A stretch of DNA of 32,000 nucleotides from Methanococcus maripaludis (GTDB lineage: Archaea; AGJL01; Methanococci; Methanococcales; Methanococcaceae): positions 480,001 to 512,000 of the forward strand of contig NZ_CP026606.1 in NCBI RefSeq assembly GCF_002945325.1, written 5' to 3'. Both the position numbers and the translations under genes were made by a program. Shown piece after piece: positions 1 to 8,338 of the stretch; the first letter of the stretch is position 1, and each line of letters opens with the position of its first letter. The notes below the pieces were generated by a model, which saw only the letters and a list, made by a program, of their open reading frames with translations, had not been told where the DNA came from and ran no database searches.

Positions 1-48
1 GTCATAGTCCTCGTCTGTGGTGCAGCAATTGTCATTAAAGTATTATAA
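1..48 (+). CDS. 3' end of a CDS truncated by the window edge (hydrophobic tail ...VIVLVCGAAIVIKVL*)
   Basis: Open frame from base 1 to TAA at 46-48. Same strand and spacing as the downstream operon. Confidence 0.3.
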   Translation, partial: VIVLVCGAAIVIKVL

Positions 49-77
49 TTCTTTAAAACTTTTTTTAGGTGATTTTT

Positions 78-593
78 TTGGCTTCAAACCCAAATAGCTC
101 AAGCCCTAAATCATTGCCCCATTGGCTAATCTTTTCTTTGAAAATGGTCGGGTGTGGTGTTGGTTTTGCAGGCCTGATGTGGTATATAATGAATAATTCT
201 GTTATGGGTTCTGATGTTGTTCGGGGCCTTGCAGCAGTTCCATTTGTATTTTACTTAATGGCTGAACTCTTAGATACAATAGTGGACATGAATAAAGTTG
301 TATACACTCCCCTTTTTAAAAACTATTCTGGACATGTAGCTATTGGATTAACCATTATAACGATAGTTTGCATGTTCTTTGTAACACTTTGGGCCTTGTC
401 TGGTTCAATTACTCTTTCAATTGGTTCAGCAGGTGCTTCAAGCGTGGTAGTTGCAGCAATCTTTGCATTGTACCTACTTGCCCCAAACACTGGAAAAGAA
501 AAACTTCTTTTATACATGTTTGTTGGTGCAACAATTGCAACAAAGTTCGCGTACTTGTCAATAATACCAAGTTTCTCAGGCTTTGGGCTTTAG
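78..593 (+). CDS. Polytopic membrane protein, paralogue A of 2041-2520
   Basis: ORF-track frame 69-593. The GTG at 69 lies inside the SD AGGTGAT (67-73), so the in-frame TTG at 78 is the likelier start. Several hydrophobic helices. Full-length similarity to 2041-2520 (LAPNTGKEKLLLYMFVGATIATK vs LAPETGDDELLLFVWIGATAATL). Confidence 0.7.
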   Translation: MASNPNSSSPKSLPHWLIFSLKMVGCGVGFAGLMWYIMNNSVMGSDVVRGLAAVPFVFYLMAELLDTIVDMNKVVYTPLFKNYSGHVAIGLTIITIVCMFFVTLWALSGSITLSIGSAGASSVVVAAIFALYLLAPNTGKEKLLLYMFVGATIATKFAYLSIIPSFSGFGL

Positions 594-618
594 GTGGTTT
601 AAAATGTAGGTGTAAATT

Positions 619-936
619 ATGATTAATCAATTAATTGTAGTTATCTTATCTTTTATCCTGTCAATGGTTTTAAAACCACAAGTGGAAGTTATTGGTCAGG
701 GTTTTGGATTATCGGGACTTCTTTCTTGGATTGTTCCAACACTAATTGTTTTATTATGCGTTTGGAAAATAGGTTCTGATAAATGGAATTTAGGCGATTT
801 AATCGCTTCTTTTGTTTTAATTGTACTTATTTTAATGTATTTTTACCAAGATGTTTCCCAGATTTTCCTTGAATGTTCAAGGATCATGCTTGGGGCATGT
901 GTCGGTGCAATAGTCGCTTATTCCGCTAAAAAATAG
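619..936 (+). CDS. Small membrane protein (about 3 TM)
   Basis: ATG preceded by AGGTG. Hydrophobic segments throughout, in an operon. Confidence 0.6.
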   Translation: MINQLIVVILSFILSMVLKPQVEVIGQGFGLSGLLSWIVPTLIVLLCVWKIGSDKWNLGDLIASFVLIVLILMYFYQDVSQIFLECSRIMLGACVGAIVAYSAKK

Positions 937-951
937 TGGTGGTGAGTTTAT

Positions 952-1188
952 GTGAACTTTGAATCAATAATTCCAATAATTCAAGCTTATTGGATTCAGA
1001 TTGTTATAATAATGCTTGTAACTCTTTTAATTAAAAATATTAAGGCAATAATTCTTGCCACCGCAGTTGTTTTTTCAATAAGTTATTTTGGATTTCTGGA
1101 TTTTTCAAACGTTGATTTTTCGGAAATCATTGAACAGGTTAATTATTTAATTGGAGGTATTGAATGGCAGAAATTATTGGTAAGGTAA
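952..1188 (+). CDS. Small membrane protein (2 TM)
   Basis: GTG start preceded by GGTGGTGAG. Two hydrophobic helices. Confidence 0.55.
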   Translation: MNFESIIPIIQAYWIQIVIIMLVTLLIKNIKAIILATAVVFSISYFGFLDFSNVDFSEIIEQVNYLIGGIEWQKLLVR

Positions 1189-1292
1189 AACGAAAAAAAG
1201 GATCTTTCGTCTACGTTGACGGAAAAGGAAACGTGATTCAAAAGAATCGAAGTGAAATGAAGAAAAAGGCAGGTAAAAAATCTAAAAGGTGA
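1164..1292 (+). CDS. Small basic protein, 42 aa (MAEIIGKVKRKKGSFVYVDGKGNVIQKNRSEMKKKAGKKSKR), not in the ORF track
   Basis: ATG at 1164 is preceded by GGAGGT at 1153-1158. It fills the otherwise unexplained gap between 1188 and 1298. Its stop TGA lies within the SD region of the next gene. Confidence 0.45.
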   Translation: MAEIIGKVKRKKGSFVYVDGKGNVIQKNRSEMKKKAGKKSKR

Positions 1293-1297
1293 AACTA

Positions 1298-2029
1298 ATG
1301 GCTAAAAATAATATATGGATTGGCCTTGCGATTGCAGTGATCCTCGTTGCTGCAGGAACGTGGTATTACTTAAGTCAGGATGATGCAGGGGGAATTATTG
1401 TACCTACCGGAACAACATTCTCATCAGATGCAGTATTTAACAGTGAAACGGGGGACGTTTTAATTACATTCAATGCTTCAAAAGAAAATATAACCGCAGA
1501 TTCAATTGAACTATATGTTTCATATGATGAAGTAACATTTACAAAAACAAATACCTTCGAAGACGTGGCATTCCCTATTGATGTTGAAGTAACGCCTGAA
1601 GAAGGAGAAGAAAACCTTTACTATTACGCTGTAGTTTCGTACAGTGACAAAACTTACAGATTGCCTACAGATGCAGGATCTTATGAAACTGTTGAAATAA
1701 TTGTTTCAAACACTACTGAAGAAAATACAGATCTTTTGACGTTCACTGCAGTATCTGACTTTGATAACACCACAGGAATTGTTTTATTCTCGCTTTCCGC
1801 TTCAGAAGACAATAAAACTGCTGATGTTTTATTATTCACTTCATACGATAACACAACATTCACAAATACTGTAAATTCAACCGCATTGGATCTTCCAGGA
1901 ACTTTTGAATTTACTGCAGATGCTGCTGAAACAGATCTTTATTACTACTTAGAAATTGTCTGTGATGGAAACACATCAAGACTCCCTGCTGAAAGTGCTG
2001 AATGGATTAATATCACAATTGCCGGATAA
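1298..2029 (+). CDS. N-terminally anchored/secreted protein with two tandem homologous domains rich in N-x-S/T sequons
   Basis: ATG at 1298 follows AAGGTGA; the track start GTG 1289 is inside the SD. N-terminal hydrophobic helix IWIGLAIAVILVAAG. Internal duplication (ENLYYYAVVSYSDKTYRLPTDAGSYETVEI vs TDLYYYLEIVCDGNTSRLPAESAEWINITI). Many NxS/T sites. Confidence 0.7.
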   Translation: MAKNNIWIGLAIAVILVAAGTWYYLSQDDAGGIIVPTGTTFSSDAVFNSETGDVLITFNASKENITADSIELYVSYDEVTFTKTNTFEDVAFPIDVEVTPEEGEENLYYYAVVSYSDKTYRLPTDAGSYETVEIIVSNTTEENTDLLTFTAVSDFDNTTGIVLFSLSASEDNKTADVLLFTSYDNTTFTNTVNSTALDLPGTFEFTADAAETDLYYYLEIVCDGNTSRLPAESAEWINITIAG

Positions 2030-2040
2030 GGTGATATTTC

Positions 2041-2520
2041 ATGGCCAATTTTTCTTTTGATGTTTGGCTTCCAAAAGCCTCTGCTGCTTCAATTGTGATT
2101 GGAATTTTACTCTGGTGGACTGGAACACAAGTAGTTACAATTTCTGAAATTGCAACTTCTCTTTCGTCTATCCCTTTTGCAGTAATTCTGTTAATTGAAG
2201 CTCTCGACAAATTTGCAGATGTTTCAGGCATTTATAATAAATTAATTCCTAACAACACATCAAATCACATGTTAAAATCAGTTGTTATTGGATTAATCGC
2301 ATTTATTGCTGTTCTTTACGGAATACTTGGAACAATTAGTTTATCATTAGGTTCAATTTCAGCACCTGCACTTGTAGCTGCAGGAATATGTGCAGTATAT
2401 GTCCTGGCTCCAGAAACTGGAGATGATGAATTATTACTATTCGTGTGGATCGGTGCAACTGCTGCGACACTTGGCCACAACATTGCCATAATACCGCCAA
2501 TCCCTGGAATCACAGGGTGA
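2041..2520 (+). CDS. Polytopic membrane protein, paralogue B of 78-593
   Basis: ATG after AAGGTGA. Colinear similarity to 78-593. Confidence 0.7.
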   Translation: MANFSFDVWLPKASAASIVIGILLWWTGTQVVTISEIATSLSSIPFAVILLIEALDKFADVSGIYNKLIPNNTSNHMLKSVVIGLIAFIAVLYGILGTISLSLGSISAPALVAAGICAVYVLAPETGDDELLLFVWIGATAATLGHNIAIIPPIPGITG

Positions 2521-2525
2521 TTGAA

Positions 2526-2966
2526 ATGAAGAAAATAATTTTCTTCACTTTTTTAGTTATTTTTTTGATTGTTTTCCAAATAGCAAACTCATCCAAATCA
2601 GATGAAGAGATTATTCAGTTAAAATTATTGAAATTTGGTTATCCTTCATCAGGATACATCATTTCAAATGAAACCGTGTATTATAAAGACGGTTCAAAAT
2701 CAGAATTGACTAAACCGCCAAAGATGTATGAAATCGGTGGAGTAGAAGCATATTATCTTGCTAAAGAGTACATTGAAAAAGAATATGGTAATTCATTAGA
2801 GTCAAAGGGCTTGATGATCAGAGTCGAACCCAAATCAATCGAAGAGTCCGAAAATTATTGGAAATTTAAATTTTATTTTGGAGATAATGGCTCAACTGGT
2901 AGATTTATGGGTTACATTACTGTAAATCGTGAAAAGGGCTATGTAGATATGGAAGGATTATTTTAA
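2526..2966 (+). CDS. Secreted protein with N-terminal signal/anchor (MKKIIFFTFLVIFLIVFQIANS)
   Basis: The in-frame ATG at 2526 follows GGGTGA. The track's 27-aa N-terminal extension overlaps the previous gene and is Cys/His-rich nonsense. Confidence 0.65.
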   Translation: MKKIIFFTFLVIFLIVFQIANSSKSDEEIIQLKLLKFGYPSSGYIISNETVYYKDGSKSELTKPPKMYEIGGVEAYYLAKEYIEKEYGNSLESKGLMIRVEPKSIEESENYWKFKFYFGDNGSTGRFMGYITVNREKGYVDMEGLF

Positions 2967-2977
2967 AAGGTGATTTT

Positions 2978-3103
2978 ATGGGACAGTATGCAAAAGGATG
3001 CTACACAAGTTTAATAATTTGCACTGCTTTAGTGGTTTTCTCATATATTTCAGGATTTTTGACAGTGAACTTCAGTGTTCTCAGGGATCTTGTGGGGCTA
3101 TAA
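2978..3103 (+). CDS. Small membrane protein, 41 aa (MGQYAKGCYTSLIICTALVVFSYISGFLTVNFSVLRDLVGL), not in the ORF track
   Basis: ATG at 2978 follows AAGGTGAT (2968-2975). One TM helix. Stop at 3101-3103 is 3 nt before the next ATG. Confidence 0.5.
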   Translation: MGQYAKGCYTSLIICTALVVFSYISGFLTVNFSVLRDLVGL

Positions 3104-3106
3104 CCC

Positions 3107-3646
3107 ATGCAGAAAAAACTGTTTTTAATTGTGTTGTTTTGTTTTCTTCCCGGGGTTTTCGCACAAAGTGACAATGAAACAGTTTATGTTTTGACAGATT
3201 ACGATGATTTGAATTATTCGACGTTGATCGTGTATGATGGAAACATGGTTTCGGGTCAGAACGCCCTGATCCATGAATTGAAACAAAACATTACAACATT
3301 AAAAGAAGAGCTTAGTAAAAAGGATAAACAGCTTTCAAGCTACATCGTGGCTAAAGCTGAGAACGTTGAACTAAAAGAAAACATTACAACTCTGAATTCA
3401 AAGATTAAACTGTTAGAAGCTGAAAAAGAAATTTTAGAAACTCAAAATGAAGGCTATCAGGACATGATAACAGACCTGATAACTAAACAAAGCAATGATA
3501 CTAAGGACATTAACACTGTAGCCTACAATAATGCTGTAAAAACTGTAAATAACTTTAAACTTGGTGTTTTAGTCGGAGTAGTAGTATGTTTAGTGTTATT
3601 TTTAGTGCTCAGATGGAAGAAAAAACAATTCGATTTTGGAATTTAA
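3107..3646 (+). CDS. Signal-peptide, coiled-coil, C-terminal TM-anchor protein
   Basis: N-terminal LFLIVLFCFLPGVFA. Heptad-like central region with an internal repeat (KQNITTLKEELSKK / KENITTLNSKIKLL). C-terminal VLVGVVVCLVLFLVL followed by RWKKK. Confidence 0.7.
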   Translation: MQKKLFLIVLFCFLPGVFAQSDNETVYVLTDYDDLNYSTLIVYDGNMVSGQNALIHELKQNITTLKEELSKKDKQLSSYIVAKAENVELKENITTLNSKIKLLEAEKEILETQNEGYQDMITDLITKQSNDTKDINTVAYNNAVKTVNNFKLGVLVGVVVCLVLFLVLRWKKKQFDFGI

Positions 3647-3687
3647 TTTATGACTGGTACCCATTTTTTTAGTTTTTTTTATTGTCA

Positions 3688-3733
3688 GGTACCACTAGTA
3701 CCGCCAGTAACGGAAGTATCTGCCAGTACCCAA
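3688..3733. repeat. Five degenerate 9-10 bp periodic repeats with a GTAC-like core (GGTACCACT AGTACCGCC AGTAACGGA AGTATCTGCC AGTACCCAA)
   Basis: Read directly. A sixth GGTACC is at 3656. Lies in the 128-nt gap upstream of the ATPase gene. The same stretch is also an open 37-aa frame (3650-3763). Confidence 0.5.
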
Positions 3734-3774
3734 ACCCCGGGATTTTGGCATTTTAAGGTATAGGGGGTCTAAAA

Positions 3775-5127
3775 ATGGTACGTATTAATCTAGGCATTGG
3801 AAGGGCAGATCCTACAAAAAGATTTGGAGAAAGAACTAAAAGAACTTTAGACCTTAAAAACGATGAAGCAAACCATATTACTCTTCTAGGAAAGTCAGGT
3901 TATGGAAAAACCACCATAATGCGTGGAATGATAGAAGAAATTTATTCGAGTTATTCCGATGCAGGCATTCCGCCAATAATTATTGTAATTGAAAGGAAAG
4001 TTGACACTTCAAAACCTAAGAAAGTAGTTGAAATTTATCATGAAGAGTCTGAAAACCTAAGTTCAGCTAAAGCATATCGTAAATATGGTGAAGGAATCTG
4101 GAACTATCTTGAACATTATGTTAAAGAAATTGAAAAGGATAAGGAGCTTAAATATGGTTTAATGGGTGATTTTGCCATTGGTTTTCCAAATATTCTCGGA
4201 AAATACACGAAAATGGCAAGTGACGAAACTAAATCACTTCTTGGACGACATGGTTTAAGTCCTGCAGCATACCCTGCAAGGCGATTTGTGTTTAGACCTC
4301 GAAGAGATCTTGAAAACATTGCTTTTGATAATGGTCCTTTAACTGAAGTGATTAATTCAAAACTTGCTTATCCTGATCTTGCATTTGAAATAATTGCAGA
4401 TATGAATAATTTGGGCGAACAGACCAGATATTCTGCAATTTTAAAGAATATATGGGATATTTCAAAAATTAGGGATCCAAAAGAAGTTTTGTTGATTACT
4501 GAACGTTCTGAAAATCCGAATTCTGGACCCTCTCAGACTTATTTACGAATCGAAGAAACAATGAATCGTTTAAAAACGGATGTACTGTTTACAGGCGATA
4601 TAGATAATTCTTTTTTAACAAAACTTACAAATAAAAAAATCAATATTCTCGATTTTTCACAAAATTCCGAACTAGAAACTTATGAAGAATGTTTAATTTT
4701 TAAATTAGTCGTTCAAAATGCAATAAACGTTGCAATAAAATACAGAATTCCAGTATTTTTCGTAGTGGATGAAGTTCAAAACTTTATGAAAGATAAAAAT
4801 GGAAAATGGGCAATTGATAAAATTTTAAGAGAAGGACGTTCTTTATGTATCAATTTGATCTGTGCGACACAGTACACCGATAATCTCCCAAAAGATATCT
4901 TGATTGGTTCGAGCCATATTGGAATAATGGGAAAATTAGCCTCAAATACCGATACAAAAACTCTTGAGAAATTAATTCCTGATTTTAGAGATGTCGTTGA
5001 TTTTGATGAACCAGGAAGTCTTTCAGAATGGGAAAACATGAAAAGAAAACTTCGATTTAGGGGTTATTTTTCATATAATAAAGATTACACGGAACATATT
5101 GAATACAGGCAACCACAGAGCTTGTAG
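3775..5127 (+). CDS. P-loop ATPase of the HerA/FtsK/VirB4 class
   Basis: Walker A LLGKSGYGKTT, Walker B PVFFVVDEVQNF, and REGRSLCINLICATQ resembling the HerA/FtsK arginine-finger region. ATG preceded by AGGGGG. Confidence 0.7.
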   Translation: MVRINLGIGRADPTKRFGERTKRTLDLKNDEANHITLLGKSGYGKTTIMRGMIEEIYSSYSDAGIPPIIIVIERKVDTSKPKKVVEIYHEESENLSSAKAYRKYGEGIWNYLEHYVKEIEKDKELKYGLMGDFAIGFPNILGKYTKMASDETKSLLGRHGLSPAAYPARRFVFRPRRDLENIAFDNGPLTEVINSKLAYPDLAFEIIADMNNLGEQTRYSAILKNIWDISKIRDPKEVLLITERSENPNSGPSQTYLRIEETMNRLKTDVLFTGDIDNSFLTKLTNKKINILDFSQNSELETYEECLIFKLVVQNAINVAIKYRIPVFFVVDEVQNFMKDKNGKWAIDKILREGRSLCINLICATQYTDNLPKDILIGSSHIGIMGKLASNTDTKTLEKLIPDFRDVVDFDEPGSLSEWENMKRKLRFRGYFSYNKDYTEHIEYRQPQSL

Positions 5128-5136
5128 GTGATTTTT

Positions 5137-5901
5137 TTGGGTTGGTTCGATATCCTTAAAATAAAAACTAAAAAAAGTGGCCCTGATCCAGGAAGTAAAG
5201 GATCTGAAAATAATGAAGAAATTGAAAATGATGAAACTGAAGATGAAAAACCGGGAACTTTCAACGTTATTGGAAAAGTAAAAAAGAAAAAAGAAGAATA
5301 TAATGCAGAAAGAGAAGCATATGACTCCCTTGCTCCATATTTGTGCAGACAAAAACTCTTAATTTGGCATAATGGATCCGGTGCGAAGGTTTTTGGTTAT
5401 CCACATGCAGTAATTCCCGATGAAGGAACTTACAAAATATTATACAAAAATAAAGCCACGGATTGGCTTGAAGATTTAATAATAACTATAAAATCAACTC
5501 TTTTTAATTATAAACGACATTACGCAGTTGTTTATGCCCCTAAATCTTGCGTGGACGTTTCTGAAGACATAATAATGTTTTTTGTGGATCACTTCAGGGA
5601 TGATAAATACGCAAATTTTGTGAAATATGCAGTTCCTCTCGAAGCTGATGATCCAAGACAAAGAGTGTCATGGATTGTTGAACGGAAACGTGCTGAGGCT
5701 TATGAAGTAATGGTTGAAAATTTATTATCTGAAGATATTCCAAACCTTGTCGATGCTGCGTTATACATTAATCCTACAATGAAAATGTACAAAGGAAGTG
5801 AAAAGGAAAGCAGCAGGAAGAGCACAAAAGAAAAAAGCTTTGAAGGCGGGGAATTTTCATTTGATAATGCCATTAATAGAATGAAAAATGAAATGATGTA
5901 A
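5137..5901 (+). CDS. Hypothetical protein with charged low-complexity N- and C-terminal regions
   Basis: ORF-track frame 5128-5901. The GTG at 5128 is inside the SD AGGTGAT, so TTG at 5137 is likelier. Confidence 0.55.
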   Translation: MGWFDILKIKTKKSGPDPGSKGSENNEEIENDETEDEKPGTFNVIGKVKKKKEEYNAEREAYDSLAPYLCRQKLLIWHNGSGAKVFGYPHAVIPDEGTYKILYKNKATDWLEDLIITIKSTLFNYKRHYAVVYAPKSCVDVSEDIIMFFVDHFRDDKYANFVKYAVPLEADDPRQRVSWIVERKRAEAYEVMVENLLSEDIPNLVDAALYINPTMKMYKGSEKESSRKSTKEKSFEGGEFSFDNAINRMKNEMM

Positions 5902-5911
5902 AGGTGATTTT

Positions 5912-6253
5912 TTGGCTGAAGAAATTGAAGGAGATTTTGTAGTTCCAAAACCAGAAAATACTGAAGGAGAAGAAATTCCTCCGGATTCTAAACCCATTTT
6001 TGATATTCCAACTGGAAGATCCAAGGCAGATTCTGAGGCTGATGAAGATGAATTTGATGAACGAACTCCAAAAACTGTAGGAAGAAAAAAGTCAGTTTAT
6101 TTAGAAAAGGTAGTAAATAAAACAATTATCGATATTTTGGAAGATTTAAAAGAGATTCATTCTGTTTCATACCAAAAAGAAGTTAAAAGAACTTCAAAAA
6201 AGATTGGAACGAATATAATGTTTTTAAAAGAAACTTTGAAAGGGAATATTTAA
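5912..6253 (+). CDS. Acidic hypothetical protein
   Basis: TTG start after AAGGTGAT. D/E-rich N-terminal half and basic C-terminal half. Confidence 0.5.
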   Translation: MAEEIEGDFVVPKPENTEGEEIPPDSKPIFDIPTGRSKADSEADEDEFDERTPKTVGRKKSVYLEKVVNKTIIDILEDLKEIHSVSYQKEVKRTSKKIGTNIMFLKETLKGNI

Positions 6254-7006
6254 TCAATCAATATTCCATTTTTCTTTTAATTTAACTAATGTTCCGTCAT
6301 TTTCCATTTCAAGAAGTGCAGCGTCAATAGATTTTTTTAATTCTGGATTAGTGTTATCTATTGCGATTGCAATGTATATAATGTCAAATTTATCTCCAAT
6401 AATTTTTAATTCAGAATTATATTTTTGAATTAAATAAAGGGATGTGAGATGATCAGTCACTTCTGAATCGATTTTGCCAGATAACAAATCTTTGTGGATA
6501 TCATTTTGATTTTCATAACTTATAATATCAAAATCCATAGATTTTGAAAGCGATTCTAACCATTTTTCCTCTATTGAATCTTTCAAAACACCAACCGATT
6601 TATGTTCAAGGCATTTTATTCCAACACATTCACTATTTTGTTTAACAAGTATTGAAGAATATGTGTATGCATACTGTCTTGAAAAATCCATTTTCAACTG
6701 TCTTTCTGGTGTTCTTCCAATATATCCTATTCCACAATCAACGTTACCCTCGGAAACTGCATCTAGCAGTTCTGAAAATGAATAGGCTATAAATTCAGGT
6801 TTTAAATCGAGTCTTTTCGATATTTCATATATCAATTCTACTTCAAAGCCTTTAAATTCTCCATCTTCAAGATATGAAGTTGGTGCTAGATCCGTACAGG
6901 CTCCAACATTTAGGACCCGATTGTTGGATTCTGTGTTTTTTTCAGTACAGCCTGAAAAGATTATTAAAAATATCGTTGAGATTATTAGAATTTTGGGATT
7001 AAACAT
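6254..7006 (-). CDS. Family-3 (amino-acid/polar) ABC-type substrate-binding lipoprotein, orphan
   Basis: Lipobox-like IIFSGC after an N-terminal helix. Typical SBP-3 pattern GFEVELIYEISKRLDLKPEF...SELLDAVSEGNVDCGIGYIGRTPERQLKMDFSRQY. No permease or ATPase gene nearby. Confidence 0.8.
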   Translation of the reverse strand: MFNPKILIISTIFLIIFSGCTEKNTESNNRVLNVGACTDLAPTSYLEDGEFKGFEVELIYEISKRLDLKPEFIAYSFSELLDAVSEGNVDCGIGYIGRTPERQLKMDFSRQYAYTYSSILVKQNSECVGIKCLEHKSVGVLKDSIEEKWLESLSKSMDFDIISYENQNDIHKDLLSGKIDSEVTDHLTSLYLIQKYNSELKIIGDKFDIIYIAIAIDNTNPELKKSIDAALLEMENDGTLVKLKEKWNID

Positions 7007-7028
7007 TCTTTTACTCCATTGCCTGATT

Positions 7029-7046
7029 TTTTGGATTAATCCAGAA
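7029..7046. promoter_or_regulatory. Inverted repeat TTTTGGA-TTAA-TCCAGAA (contains the perfect 12-bp palindrome TGGATTAATCCA); candidate recombinase or regulator site
   Basis: Read directly. Same half-site as the cluster at 8195-8274 on the other side of the methyltransferase gene. Confidence 0.3.
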
Positions 7047-7201
7047 TATAATATATATTGAATATTTGATCTAATTTTCTAAATGGATTAGATAGATATA
7101 TTAATATATTGGTTAACTGGGGACAAAATGTTAAATGAATTTAGTTGGGAGGTGATCCTTTGTAAATATCAATATTGAAATAACTCCGAAAAGGTGAGAT
7201 T

Positions 7202-8188
7202 TTGTTGGAATTAAATGAAATATACAATACAGACTTTTTTGAAGGTGTTAAGTCCCTTCCTGATAATTCAGTCGATTTAATCATTGCAGATCCTCCATAC
7301 TACAATATCAAAGGGGATTTTGATTTTAAATTGACTTTTGATGAATGGAAATTACTGCACAAAAGAATGGCAGAAGAATTTAAACGAGTTTTAAAGTTAA
7401 ACGGCAGTATTTTACTTTATGGTCATGCGAGAAACATTGCATACCAACAGGTTGTTTTTGATGAGTTATTTTTCCTTGAAAATAACCTTGTATGGCATAA
7501 AACAGACTGCCAAACTCGAAAAAACATTAAAGGATACCGCTGTTTTGCACCAGTTACTGAAAGAATTTTATTTTATTCGAATGAATATCGAAAAAACAAT
7601 AATTCGCTGGTAAATCCAATGTATAAAGAATATGTGGAAGTACTTACACCAATTATTGAATATTTCATGCAAGAAAAAGAAAAAATCATGAAATTAAAAG
7701 GTTTTTCAACAAATGGTGAATTTATTAGGTTCATGGACGAATACACTGGAAGTACAACTGCTGCAAGACATTATTTCTCATGGAGTCAATGGATGTTCCC
7801 ATCTGAAAAAACGTATGCTAAATTACAAGACATTGGTAATGGAGTTCTCGAAAAAGAATATCCTTTATTTAAAAAGCAATATGCAGAACTAAAGACTGAG
7901 TTTGAACGCACAAGAAGATATTTTGTAAATTCTGAACATACTGATGTTTTACTATTTTCTCAAGAAAGTCATATCACGAGAAAATATAATCACCCGACAC
8001 AAAAGCCCCCAAAATTAACAAAGATGTTGATTGAATCTACAACAAAACCTGAAAGTTTAGTTTTAATTCCTTTTGCAGGTTCCGGTGTAGAATGTGCATG
8101 TTGTAAGGAACTTCAAAGAAATTTTATTGGTTTTGAAATTGATGAAAAATATTGTGAAGTTTCCAGGAATCGAATTAATGAAGTTTAA
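7202..8188 (+). CDS. Beta-class DNA methyltransferase (N6-adenine or N4-cytosine)
   Basis: Motif IV DLIIADPPYYN near the N-terminus, HPTQKPPKLTKMLIE, and motif I IPFAGSGVECACC near the C-terminus (IV-to-I order = beta class). TTG start after AAGGTGA. Confidence 0.85.
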   Translation: MLELNEIYNTDFFEGVKSLPDNSVDLIIADPPYYNIKGDFDFKLTFDEWKLLHKRMAEEFKRVLKLNGSILLYGHARNIAYQQVVFDELFFLENNLVWHKTDCQTRKNIKGYRCFAPVTERILFYSNEYRKNNNSLVNPMYKEYVEVLTPIIEYFMQEKEKIMKLKGFSTNGEFIRFMDEYTGSTTAARHYFSWSQWMFPSEKTYAKLQDIGNGVLEKEYPLFKKQYAELKTEFERTRRYFVNSEHTDVLLFSQESHITRKYNHPTQKPPKLTKMLIESTTKPESLVLIPFAGSGVECACCKELQRNFIGFEIDEKYCEVSRNRINEV

Positions 8189-8194
8189 TTTTTG

Positions 8195-8274
8195 AGTCCA
8201 AAAAACATCTGAATTTTGGACTTTTGAATAACTATACTATTTTATTATTTTTTTTGGATTTATTGGTCCAAAAA
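8195..8274. promoter_or_regulatory. Cluster of inverted TCCAAAA/TTTTGGA half-sites (candidate res-like site and/or terminator)
   Basis: AGTCCAAAA (8195-8203) - 10 nt - TTTTGGACT (8214-8222). TTTTGGA - 8 nt - TCCAAAA within 8254-8274. A further TTCCAAAAA lies near 8293. Located immediately upstream of the serine recombinase gene. Confidence 0.35.
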
Positions 8275-8338
8275 CTCATTTTAAAAATCAAATTCCAAAA
8301 ATTATGAATTTTATAAGTTTTTAGACTAGGTGGTAGTT

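Larger units (their letters stand above)
1..6253 (+). mobile_element. Putative integrated plasmid/virus-like element segment (membrane-protein operon plus HerA/FtsK/VirB4-class ATPase); boundaries unknown and truncated at the window edge
   Basis: About 15 co-directional, tightly packed genes, mostly small TM, secreted or coiled-coil proteins without housekeeping resemblance. One P-loop ATPase and internal paralogy are present. Abrupt change of strand and function at 6254. Confidence 0.4.

Noticed and set aside
323-630. Overlapping ORFs 323-517(-), 368-622(+), 409-630(-)
   Set aside because: They lie entirely within or against the membrane-protein gene 78-593, which has a paralogue supporting its frame. 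None has an RBS.
2445-2525. 27-aa N-terminal extension of ORF 2445-2966 (MDRCNCCDTWPQHCH...)
   Set aside because: It overlaps the end of the preceding gene in another frame. The internal ATG at 2526 has an SD and yields a canonical signal peptide.
5071-5352. 93-aa Phe/Ile-rich minus-strand ORF
   Set aside because: It is the antisense of the Lys/Glu-rich N-terminus of 5137-5901, so the composition is an artefact of A-rich coding DNA.
7148-7165. Perfect 11-nt anti-16S match GGAGGTGATCC followed by TTG-TAA (a start-stop mini-ORF) 40 nt upstream of the methyltransferase gene
   Set aside because: It is intriguing as a possible ribosome-loading or start-stop regulatory element. However, it is a single occurrence with no second line of evidence. 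It could be a relic SD, or part of a short 16-codon ORF (7128-7178) with no support.
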